Virus record (IMG/VR): IMGVR_UViG_3300033485_000001
Coordinates: 114,540-178,539 of that record
Reading direction: 5' to 3' (one strand)
Length of the DNA stretch: 64,000 bases
Source: a virus
In this document: one piece after another, positions 43,504-50,837 of the stretch
How the letters are laid out: each line of letters opens with the position of its first letter
Numbering within the stretch: position 1 is the first letter of the stretch
The notes under the pieces: generated by a model
The model's input: only the letters and a program-made list of their open reading frames with translations
Database searches by the model: none
Told to the model about the DNA's origin: nothing
Position numbers and translations under genes: made by a program

Positions 43504-44382
43504 ATGCTGGCGCTCGCGGAGAGGAGGGCCATCCTCCAGAAGATCGCTGCCGAGCAGGCTGCTGCGAAGAAGCCGTCTCGGAACGACCCGATCTACTCTC
43601 CAGGCGTGGTTGCTCACGAGGCAGGCCACGCCTGGATGCACAGGCAGCCCGAGAAACCTGGGGAGGAGAAGTTCGACATCACCGGAACGGCTGAGATGGT
43701 TGGAGGACTTCTCCCCCTTGGGGTCTTGGCCGGCAAGCTCTTGACTGGCAAGGGTCCGCCGTCTGCACGAGAGATGTACGGAGCGATGGCCCTCGGGTTC
43801 ACCCCCAGGCTCGTGGACGAGTACTCGTCTTCCTTCAAGGGTCACGGCGCCCTAAAGGGGTCGAAGGCGTTCAAGAAGCCCTTGACCGACGAGGAGGTCA
43901 GGCAGGAGCGCAACAAGCTGATCGCTGCCGGATCAACCTACGCAGCAGTCCCCCTAGCTTTCCTCAGCCAGGGAGAGATGCAGCAGCGAAAAGATCCTCG
44001 TTGGATGCTGGGAGCACTCGGAGCCATCGGAATTCAGCTCGGGGGTCTCGCCTACGCTGCCAAGGCCAAGGGTCCGAAGGTCAACGCTCAGGAGGCGAAG
44101 GCTCTGGCGCAAGAGATCGCCCCCGGAGTTCCTGTCTATGCAACGACAGGGACCTTCGCTGGTGGGTCGGCGTACCTACCTCCCGTGAAGAACAGGGTGA
44201 TGCGGGCGCTGATGAACCACCAGCTGAAGCCGTACTTCGACGAGAAGGAACGAACGAAGATCATCAACGAGGGCGGTATCATGATCGCCCCGATGAGCGG
44301 CAAGAATCTAAGCGAAGCCCTCATGTCGTCTATTGGCGGCGGAGGGGGCGGATTGGATGACAGGTTCAAGGAAGTCAAGTAG
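43504..44382 (+). CDS. Membrane zinc metallopeptidase (HExxH, YugP/Zn_peptidase_2-like) with QKIAA leader
   Basis: VAHEAGHA, downstream RLVDEY..S, KLIAAGSTYA, hydrophobic helices. Confidence 0.7.
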   Translation: MLALAERRAILQKIAAEQAAAKKPSRNDPIYSPGVVAHEAGHAWMHRQPEKPGEEKFDITGTAEMVGGLLPLGVLAGKLLTGKGPPSAREMYGAMALGFTPRLVDEYSSSFKGHGALKGSKAFKKPLTDEEVRQERNKLIAAGSTYAAVPLAFLSQGEMQQRKDPRWMLGALGAIGIQLGGLAYAAKAKGPKVNAQEAKALAQEIAPGVPVYATTGTFAGGSAYLPPVKNRVMRALMNHQLKPYFDEKERTKIINEGGIMIAPMSGKNLSEALMSSIGGGGGGLDDRFKEVK

Positions 44383-44403
44383 ACTTCCTTGTAGGAGGAC
44401 ATC

Positions 44404-45150
44404 ATGTCGGGACCCTTCTCAGGCTGGAACCCCCTCAACCACTACGTGCAGTCGGGCATGGTTGACGGTCGGTTCGTTTCGGGTGGGCTCACCCTCATCG
44501 CAGCAGGTCCTCCCCGGCTCTCGCAGCTTGGGACGGGATCATCGGGAGCCGCGCTGGCCGCTGCCGCCCAGTCGGGCGGGAACAGCGACATCGTGTACCC
44601 GATCGGGGTGACGCAGAACATCAACCACTCCCAGAACAAGACCTTCATGCGGATCTGGGAGCTCGGATCGGAGCGCAGCTACTTCATCGGCGGCAGGACC
44701 GTCGGACAGCTCGCGCTCTCCCGTGTGTACTACCACGGGGCGTCGCTCCTGCGCGTGCTGTACGCCTACTACCAGGACCTCATCGGCGCGGTCCAGGTCC
44801 CGTGGGTGTACCCCAACGTGGGCGCGGCGAACATGCCCAACCCGCACGACGTGATCGTGCCTCCGGGCTACGAGAACCTGTTCCTCAACCTGGCGTCTGA
44901 CCTGTTCAACCAGCCGATCGGTCTGCTGGTCTACATGCGCGACTCGAACCTCGACACCATCGGTGCCGTGTACCTCGAGGCGTGCTACATCCCGAACCAC
45001 ACGTGGGCGACCGACGCTCAGGGCACCATCGTGCAGGAGACGGCTGCCATCCAGTACGAGCGCGTGATCCCCGTCAACGTCTCCGCCGTGTCGCTCATCA
45101 GCGGGCTGGCCGAGGCCGTGAGCGGCATCATGGGAGCCGCAGCGGCGTAG
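44404..45150 (+). CDS. Tail tube protein
   Basis: Follows the sheath; IGVTQNINHSQN, IWELGSERSYFIGG and ETAAIQYER are tube-like beta strands. Confidence 0.75.
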   Translation: MSGPFSGWNPLNHYVQSGMVDGRFVSGGLTLIAAGPPRLSQLGTGSSGAALAAAAQSGGNSDIVYPIGVTQNINHSQNKTFMRIWELGSERSYFIGGRTVGQLALSRVYYHGASLLRVLYAYYQDLIGAVQVPWVYPNVGAANMPNPHDVIVPPGYENLFLNLASDLFNQPIGLLVYMRDSNLDTIGAVYLEACYIPNHTWATDAQGTIVQETAAIQYERVIPVNVSAVSLISGLAEAVSGIMGAAAA

Positions 45151-45151
45151 C

Positions 45152-48064
45152 ATGGCCGTCTACTCCTCCAGAGCTGAGTGGCTCGAGGCCCAGTCCCGGA
45201 GCCACTTCCACAAGCTGGGCTCCCTCACGGTGAAGACCGCCGACGTCTACTTCATGGGCAAGTTCGCAGCTCGTGCCCAGATGGAGAAGGTGGGCATCAA
45301 CGCCGTCAGCACGGCCAAGGCGGTCGGGGCGGCGGGCAAGTCCGAAGGTACGATCAGTCGAATCTTCGGTGCGATCAGACGGAAGACGCCAGCTCCAACT
45401 GGCGCGATTCCTCCTGCTCCGAAGCCGGGTCCTGGGACGCAGTTCATCCCAGGTCCGAAGAACACTCCGATGCCCAATCGGGGGTCGCAGTCGTTCGTCA
45501 CGAATCCGACTCATCTCTCCGATCCCGGAGTGAGTGGTGTCAGGACTGGCGCTGATCTTCCTGGAAGAGTGACTCCACGCCCAGACGCCACACCCACCGT
45601 AGGCTTCGTACCCGAAGGCGTTCAGGCGAACATCGCCCGAACACCAGGCGGCCTCTATACTCCTGGTTCCATCAAGTCGATGCCCCTGGAGAGGGTGCGA
45701 GAGGTTCACAACCAAGCGGTCTACGACGCGATGAAGGCCGAGAGCCGCGCGAATCCGATGAGTACTTACATCGGATCAAATCGTCCTGTATCGAGGACGA
45801 TGTCCTACGAGCGGGAGATGGGAGAAGCTCTTCCCATGTCCCAGACCGTCAACGTGGAACGGGCTGGGATTCCGTCGGCGGGCGCGTTGCCCACTGGGGC
45901 TGGAAGGCCCCTCGCAGCCCCCGCTCGATCAGCAGGAGCACAGGCGCCTGCTGCTACAGCTCCGAGATCGCAGGGTATGAAGCCGGTGGGCGAAGCCTCG
46001 GCGGCGGACATGGCAGCCCTGGAAGATCTCAGACGCGCTGGTGCGTCCGAAGAGCATCTGAATCAGTTGCGCCAGACATGGGGAGGACTCGGCCGCCTGT
46101 CCCCTACGAGTGCTCTCGCTCGTCACACCCCTGTGGTCGAGAACGTGGGTGGTACCGTCATGCGTTCACACCTCGCGGCTCACAAGTTCAACATGGTGCT
46201 GCTCGACATCATCGAGCGCAGCAAGCCGAGTGACATGATCAAGGCTGCGTCGCTCCGTGCCACGCTCGACGACGAGGGGATCCTCAAGGTGGCGTCCGAG
46301 GACAGCTACTGGCTCTCGGCCAGGGGCGAGTGCCACCTCGACTTCCTCGCCGGCGTCTACGACGTGAACCCGGACATGGCCTGGACCTTCGCCAAGAACG
46401 CCGGCCTGGACAAGGAAGCCGGGATCATCGGCGGCATCGGCAAGGTGCTCGGGTGGGGCGCTCGGACAGCTCAGCGTGGAGCACAGGCCGCAGGGCAAGC
46501 CGCCGGCTGGGTGGCAGGCAAGGGGCAGCAGGCGGTGTCTGCGTGGAAGGCGCCGCTCCAGAGCTCCATGGGATCCAAGTTCCCGATGCCGAGCAACCCG
46601 CTCGCTCGAGCCAAGGAGAGCATTCAGTCGTGGCGGAGCGGAGCCCTCGCCCCCGGAGTCGAGGGTCCGACGATCAGCCCCATGAGGCAGGCTGGTCGCG
46701 CTGTCGCATCGAAGGTCGAGCAGGCGGGTCAGGGTCTCAAGCGGGAGTTCCAGTCCGGGTACTTCCAGGGCAGGCACCCCGTTGCCCGTCCGCAGCCCGG
46801 CCCCAACGCCCCGCCCGCTCCTCCGAGATCTCAGCCGCTCCCTGGCGGTGGGACCGGAGAGGTTGATCTGGCTGCGCTGGCAGGTCGTGGTCCGACACCC
46901 GGTGCAGCAGCGGGCAGCGAGCTCGGCGGGGTCGCTCCGAGAGCGGCTGCTGCGGCTCCGGCTCCCGCTGCGGCGGCCACGGCTGCTCCCGCAACAACTC
47001 CTGGTGTGGTGCCTCGAGCGGCGCCGCCCGCTGCGCCACCTCCTGGCGCGGCGGTTGGGAGTGAGCTCGGTGGCGTCGCTCCTCGTCCCAGCGGACTGCT
47101 CGATGCGCAGGGCCGTCCGATGGGTGGGGCTCCGGCAGCGCCTCCGGGTGGTGGTCTGCTCGATGCCAGCGGCAGACCGATGGGTGGAGCACCTCCCCCT
47201 GCTGGTGGTCTGGTTGACGCTGGCGGTCGCCCGATCGGATCAGTGGCCACACCGACAGGTGGGCCAGGACAGCTCGCTCCTGGTCCCGTGGCAGCCGCAG
47301 CTCCGGCTCCAGCGACGGCAGCTCCGGCTCCAGCAGCCGCGAAGCCGAAGGGACGCGGCGGCAGGAAGAAGGCTGGCCCAGCAGCTGAGGCTCAAGCAGC
47401 GGGTCCTGGTGCAGCTGGCGGCGTGACTCCTCCAGCCGCAGCCCCCGCCCCCGCCGCAGCGCCCGCCAAGGGGGGACGAGGCAGGAAGAAGGCACAGCCC
47501 GCAGAGGCAGCGCCGCCCGCAGCAGCCCCGGCTGGTGAAGGCAGCGTGGTACCTCGGACCGAAGCCCCACCGGCAGGTCCCGCCGCTCCTCCCGGTCAGC
47601 CCGCATTCAAGCCAGACGAGGATGCTGCGGGGTGGGCTCAGCTCATGGAAGAGAGCCCGATGATGAAGAAGTTCCATAAGCAGGGCATCACCCCAGCAGA
47701 GCTCAGGCACATGGGCATCAACCCAGAGCAGTTCGGCCGGCTCGAGGCCGAGATGTCCAATCGAAGTGCCGCAGAAGGTCTCCAGGGGTTCCTCAAGGAG
47801 CGGAACGTCTCGCCCGAGATGTTGGAGCGGGCGGGCATCAGCCCTGATCTCGCGAAGCAGCTCGGTGGCAACAAGAGGGACTGGGGTACGCTGGGTGGAT
47901 TCGGTCGTGGGGTCCGCAACCTCGGGTACGGAACCCTCGCTGCCGGCACCATCCTCGGCGGCCTCGGACTCTCCACAGCCGGCAAGGTTCTCGACCGTGG
48001 ATCCGCTCCCTACCAGTACGGCATGGGCGCTCCTCAGACCTGGATGACCCCGCAGCAGATGTAG
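45152..48064 (+). CDS. Large Pro/Ala/Gly-rich low-complexity virion protein with internal repeats and a C-terminal glycine zipper
   Basis: K-x-A/G motifs; repeated peptides; GTLAAGTILGGLGLSTAG. Confidence 0.72.
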   Translation: MAVYSSRAEWLEAQSRSHFHKLGSLTVKTADVYFMGKFAARAQMEKVGINAVSTAKAVGAAGKSEGTISRIFGAIRRKTPAPTGAIPPAPKPGPGTQFIPGPKNTPMPNRGSQSFVTNPTHLSDPGVSGVRTGADLPGRVTPRPDATPTVGFVPEGVQANIARTPGGLYTPGSIKSMPLERVREVHNQAVYDAMKAESRANPMSTYIGSNRPVSRTMSYEREMGEALPMSQTVNVERAGIPSAGALPTGAGRPLAAPARSAGAQAPAATAPRSQGMKPVGEASAADMAALEDLRRAGASEEHLNQLRQTWGGLGRLSPTSALARHTPVVENVGGTVMRSHLAAHKFNMVLLDIIERSKPSDMIKAASLRATLDDEGILKVASEDSYWLSARGECHLDFLAGVYDVNPDMAWTFAKNAGLDKEAGIIGGIGKVLGWGARTAQRGAQAAGQAAGWVAGKGQQAVSAWKAPLQSSMGSKFPMPSNPLARAKESIQSWRSGALAPGVEGPTISPMRQAGRAVASKVEQAGQGLKREFQSGYFQGRHPVARPQPGPNAPPAPPRSQPLPGGGTGEVDLAALAGRGPTPGAAAGSELGGVAPRAAAAAPAPAAAATAAPATTPGVVPRAAPPAAPPPGAAVGSELGGVAPRPSGLLDAQGRPMGGAPAAPPGGGLLDASGRPMGGAPPPAGGLVDAGGRPIGSVATPTGGPGQLAPGPVAAAAPAPATAAPAPAAAKPKGRGGRKKAGPAAEAQAAGPGAAGGVTPPAAAPAPAAAPAKGGRGRKKAQPAEAAPPAAAPAGEGSVVPRTEAPPAGPAAPPGQPAFKPDEDAAGWAQLMEESPMMKKFHKQGITPAELRHMGINPEQFGRLEAEMSNRSAAEGLQGFLKERNVSPEMLERAGISPDLAKQLGGNKRDWGTLGGFGRGVRNLGYGTLAAGTILGGLGLSTAGKVLDRGSAPYQYGMGAPQTWMTPQQM
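46900..47500 (+). repeat. Degenerate coding repeats
   Basis: GSELGGVAPR x2; GL(L/V)DAxGRP(M/I)G x3; AAPAPA..K...GRKKA x2. Confidence 0.8.
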
Positions 48065-48067
48065 AGC

Positions 48068-48110
48068 TAAGAAGATCACCCGAAGGTGATCGTACCCGTC
48101 GGCGGCGGGT
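48068..48110 (-). terminator. Twin-hairpin terminator (CCGCCG-loop hairpin, then GATCACC-UUCG-GGTGATC and TTCTTA)
   Basis: C(UUCG)G tetraloop on the minus strand; parallels 23441-23488. Confidence 0.8.
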
Positions 48111-48134
48111 GTTCTTCAATGGTGGGAGCCGAGG

Positions 48135-48506
48135 CTAGTCGATCCGGCCGGCCGTCTTCGCGTAGGCGACCTTCCCCGCCCTCTTCGGTTCGCGCCGTCG
48201 GATCGTCTCCTGGACGTCCGTCGGCAGGTCCTCGTAGGCCACGGTCTCCTCGACGATCTTCGACTTCTTGGCCGGCTTGTTGACGGCGGACAAGATCTCG
48301 TCGAGCCTCCTGTCGGTGCGGCTGGTCACCACCTTGTCGGCGATGGCCAACGCCACCTGGCTGAGGGACCCGGCGATGCTGGCGGCCGTCTCCGAGGCGA
48401 GGTCCTCGGAGGCCCGCCGTGCGTCGAGGATCCGCCCAACGATCCCCTTCGCCGTCTCGGCCAGCGCATCGATCTCCTGGGGCTCCAACTTCAGCACGAT
48501 CTCCAT
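48135..48506 (-). CDS. Hypothetical helical protein
   Basis: AAAGGAGA RBS; own promoter and terminator. Confidence 0.72.
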   Translation of the reverse strand: MEIVLKLEPQEIDALAETAKGIVGRILDARRASEDLASETAASIAGSLSQVALAIADKVVTSRTDRRLDEILSAVNKPAKKSKIVEETVAYEDLPTDVQETIRRREPKRAGKVAYAKTAGRID

Positions 48507-48544
48507 GGGTCTCCTTTCAAGAGAGGGCGTAGTTGCCCTACCCA

Positions 48545-48587
48545 TCAATGATCTTATATACAGGCCCGAGATCAGACTTTCACTTTT
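48545..48587 (-). promoter_or_regulatory. Bipartite promoter AAGTGAAA-N17-TATATAAGATCATTG
   Basis: Conserved sequence and spacing. Confidence 0.78.
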
Positions 48588-48593
48588 GGAGCT

Positions 48594-48616
48594 AATGAAG
48601 CCGCCCGAAGGCGGCT
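48594..48616 (-). terminator. Intrinsic terminator
   Basis: AGCCGCC-UUCG-GGCGGCT followed by TCATT on the minus strand. Confidence 0.7.
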
Positions 48617-48644
48617 GTGGACGCCGACCTGACCGCCTTCGGGG

Positions 48645-48878
48645 TCAGTTGACGTCCTGGCGGGCCTCCACGCAGCGGCCGGTCTCCCGCTCGAAGGAGG
48701 CCGCCGCCTCGATCAAAGGAACTGCAATGGACACGAAGTCTATGCAGGCTCGCTTCGCTACTTCCCAGTCCGTGTCGCTGGGGTCGACATGGACCAGGAG
48801 CTTCTTGATGATCTCGCCCTGAGCGACGATCACCAGCATCCCCGCCCTCGCCAGCTCGAGGGCCAAGCACTTCTGCAT
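48645..48878 (-). CDS. Small hypothetical protein
   Basis: AAAGGAGG RBS; TATAAG promoter upstream. Confidence 0.7.
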   Translation of the reverse strand: MQKCLALELARAGMLVIVAQGEIIKKLLVHVDPSDTDWEVAKRACIDFVSIAVPLIEAAASFERETGRCVEARQDVN

Positions 48879-48917
48879 GACGATCCTCCTTTCATAAGGG
48901 AGTTGACTCCCTGATCG

Positions 48918-48933
48918 TCAAAGTTCTTATACC
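48918..48933 (-). promoter_or_regulatory. TATAAG-core promoter variant
   Basis: The minus strand reads GGTATAAGAACTTTGA. Confidence 0.6.
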
Positions 48934-49016
48934 CCTGCGGTGATCTAAAATGCGGGGGTCAGAGTCCGCCTGCGCTGTCGCACTTTGACCCTCAAACTAC
49001 CTATACCATCCTGGGA

Positions 49017-49562
49017 TCAGGACTTGCGGCTCTCCCACCAGTTGCCCACATCGATGGTGCCGGGCACCTCCAGCTCAGGTCCAGGCATGGGCTGGGGGGG
49101 CACCTCGAGGTGGTCTGAGCCCAGGTCCTCGAGGTCGAAGTCCTCCCCCGATGTAGGTGGCTGTGCGGCAGGTTGTTGGATCCGCCGTGAGCCTCCGGTC
49201 CTCATGTGCTCGCGGACGATGTCCGAGATGGCTTGTGGAGCGAGATCACCGTTCAGGACTGCGTGGAGGCGTTCCAGCTCCTCATCCTCCCACAGCTCCG
49301 GCTCGTTGACCGCAGAGAGCGCGAACTCCTCTGGTGTGATGCCGTACATCTCCAGGAGCTCGTCCTGAACTGGGTCTGGGGAGGGGGCGAGCTGCTGGGG
49401 CTCCTCGGGCTCCGCCGAAGGGGGTAGCGGAGGTGGGGTCACGAAGAACCCCAGCAGCTCAGTCGGGTCACGAGGCTTCAGATACTCCTGGATCTTGGCC
49501 AGGTCGTCAAGGGGTGCCTGACTCATCCAGAAGCTGTTGATCGGTTCCTTCTTCGTCTTCAT
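49017..49562 (-). CDS. Hypothetical acidic/Pro-rich protein
   Basis: ORF followed by a 10-bp hairpin at about 48956-48995. Confidence 0.65.
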   Translation of the reverse strand: MKTKKEPINSFWMSQAPLDDLAKIQEYLKPRDPTELLGFFVTPPPLPPSAEPEEPQQLAPSPDPVQDELLEMYGITPEEFALSAVNEPELWEDEELERLHAVLNGDLAPQAISDIVREHMRTGGSRRIQQPAAQPPTSGEDFDLEDLGSDHLEVPPQPMPGPELEVPGTIDVGNWWESRKS

Positions 49563-49791
49563 CTTGATCTGCCAACATCTGGTGCATCCACCAGCGTGCG
49601 TCGCTCTCTTCTGATGCTACCACTTGCAGCCGCAAGCGGTGCATCTCGATGAGCACCTGAATGATCTCGTTACCGGAGAGCTTTACGCCGTACTCCTGGC
49701 GGAGGCGCAGCCTTTCTTGGTCGATCATCTGCGCCTGCTCTCTTGTCAGGTAGACGGTGAACTTCCGTGTCTGTGTCTCCGGCTGTCCCAT
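49507..49791 (-). CDS. Ribbon-helix-helix-like DNA-binding protein
   Basis: RKFTVYLT strand, then helices QAQMIDQERLRL and SGNEIIQVLIE. Confidence 0.55.
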   Translation of the reverse strand: MGQPETQTRKFTVYLTREQAQMIDQERLRLRQEYGVKLSGNEIIQVLIEMHRLRLQVVASEESDARWWMHQMLADQDEDEEGTDQQLLDESGTP

Positions 49792-49909
49792 CCTCGAACC
49801 CGACGTAGAGCTTCAGCTTGGGCTGCTCTCCCAGCAGCCGGCGCTTGGCGTACTCCATCGCCAGCTCGGCGATGGTGGTGAAGAGGTCCTCACCGAAGTC
49901 CCCGCTCAC
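49670..49909 (-). CDS. Small hypothetical protein (overlaps the RHH-like ORF)
   Basis: Coding-like first 40 codons; 122-nt overlap with the next ORF. Confidence 0.45.
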   Translation of the reverse strand: MSGDFGEDLFTTIAELAMEYAKRRLLGEQPKLKLYVGFEDGTAGDTDTEVHRLPDKRAGADDRPRKAAPPPGVRRKALR

Positions 49910-50426
49910 TCTCCCACTCCTCGTGATGCTTCAGCATCATCAGCGCCTCCTTCCTTGGTATTCCGTCGTCGATCTCCTTGCCGCGCTCCTTGAGCATCTT
50001 GAACGCGACGTCGAGCCCGATGCCGTAGCCGACCAGTGAGGTGGCTCTGGTTGCCAGCCTGTCCGGTGTCCTGTTGTCGGGGAAGATCAGCCACTCGGAC
50101 TGGATGCAGACCGTTTCGTAGAAAGCTCGCCAGTACGCGCTGAAGAGGTACCTCACCACGTAGACGAAGCACCACTCCAGGACATGCGTGAGCTCGTGGA
50201 TCTTGTGCGGGGTCACTGGCCCGTTCCAGTCCCACTTCGGGTGGTCGTAGATGGTGTGCCCGATGGTGGTGCCGTAGTCGGTCATGAAGTCCTTGATGTG
50301 CGTGATCCGCAGGAAGTTGGTGATCCTCAGACCGAAGTTGGCGAGCTTCATGAGGGGCGAGTGAGTCTTGTCCACCAGTCTGATCCTCGTCACCTCTTCG
50401 TTGAAGTAGGTCAGGAAGCTACGCAT
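49890..50426 (-). CDS. HExxH zincin-like metallopeptidase
   Basis: TTIGHTIY...KIHELTHV...YETV; GGAGG RBS. Confidence 0.65.
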   Translation of the reverse strand: MRSFLTYFNEEVTRIRLVDKTHSPLMKLANFGLRITNFLRITHIKDFMTDYGTTIGHTIYDHPKWDWNGPVTPHKIHELTHVLEWCFVYVVRYLFSAYWRAFYETVCIQSEWLIFPDNRTPDRLATRATSLVGYGIGLDVAFKMLKERGKEIDDGIPRKEALMMLKHHEEWESERGLR

Positions 50427-50528
50427 GTTGCCCTCCAATATGATCGTAAAATGAACGGCCTTTCCGCCTCAACCGCGTCTGTCAGACCCATCGGTTTACT
50501 CAGCCTTCGGTTCACCGCACTACCCTTA

Positions 50529-50747
50529 TCACAATTTCCGATCATAATTTTTACGGGCACGGACGTCCTCGAAGGACAGGTTCTTCTCGTTCCGTTGGAT
50601 GGCTTCACCGGCTTCGATGAGCGCCTCGGCCAACGAGAAGCACTGATCGGCTCCGTGGAGGATGAGCCCCGTGTCCGCGTCCCCAGGTCTTCCGCTGATC
50701 ACCTTGAGAAGGGCGATGTTGCCCATCACCTTGATGCGATCCTTCAT
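50529..50747 (-). CDS. Small hypothetical protein
   Basis: MKDRIKVMG... start overlaps the upstream peptide stop (ATGA). Confidence 0.6.
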   Translation of the reverse strand: MKDRIKVMGNIALLKVISGRPGDADTGLILHGADQCFSLAEALIEAGEAIQRNEKNLSFEDVRARKNYDRKL

Positions 50748-50806
50748 CCCAGAACCCCCACCCGTAGGAGGACGACCAGGATCGAGCTGACTGCTTGCGT
50801 GTCCAC
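50744..50806 (-). CDS. 20-aa hydrophobic peptide (MDTQAVSSILVVLLRVGVLG)
   Basis: GGAGGTG 7 nt before the GTG; its TGA overlaps the next ATG; TATAAC at 50830-50835 upstream. Confidence 0.45.
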   Translation of the reverse strand: MDTQAVSSILVVLLRVGVLG

Positions 50807-50837
50807 CTAACATCACCTCCTCCGAGATCGTTATACC

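Noticed and set aside
40247-45150. Extracellular contractile injection system or tailocin
   Set aside because: Portal, terminase, protease and capsid genes are present, so this is a phage.
45152-48064. Tape measure protein
   Set aside because: Pro-rich and disordered, with no preceding chaperone pair or helical repeat pattern.
50440-50560. AT-rich stretch as a replication origin
   Set aside because: Short, partly coding, no iterons or DnaA boxes; more likely a promoter region for the 50426 gene.
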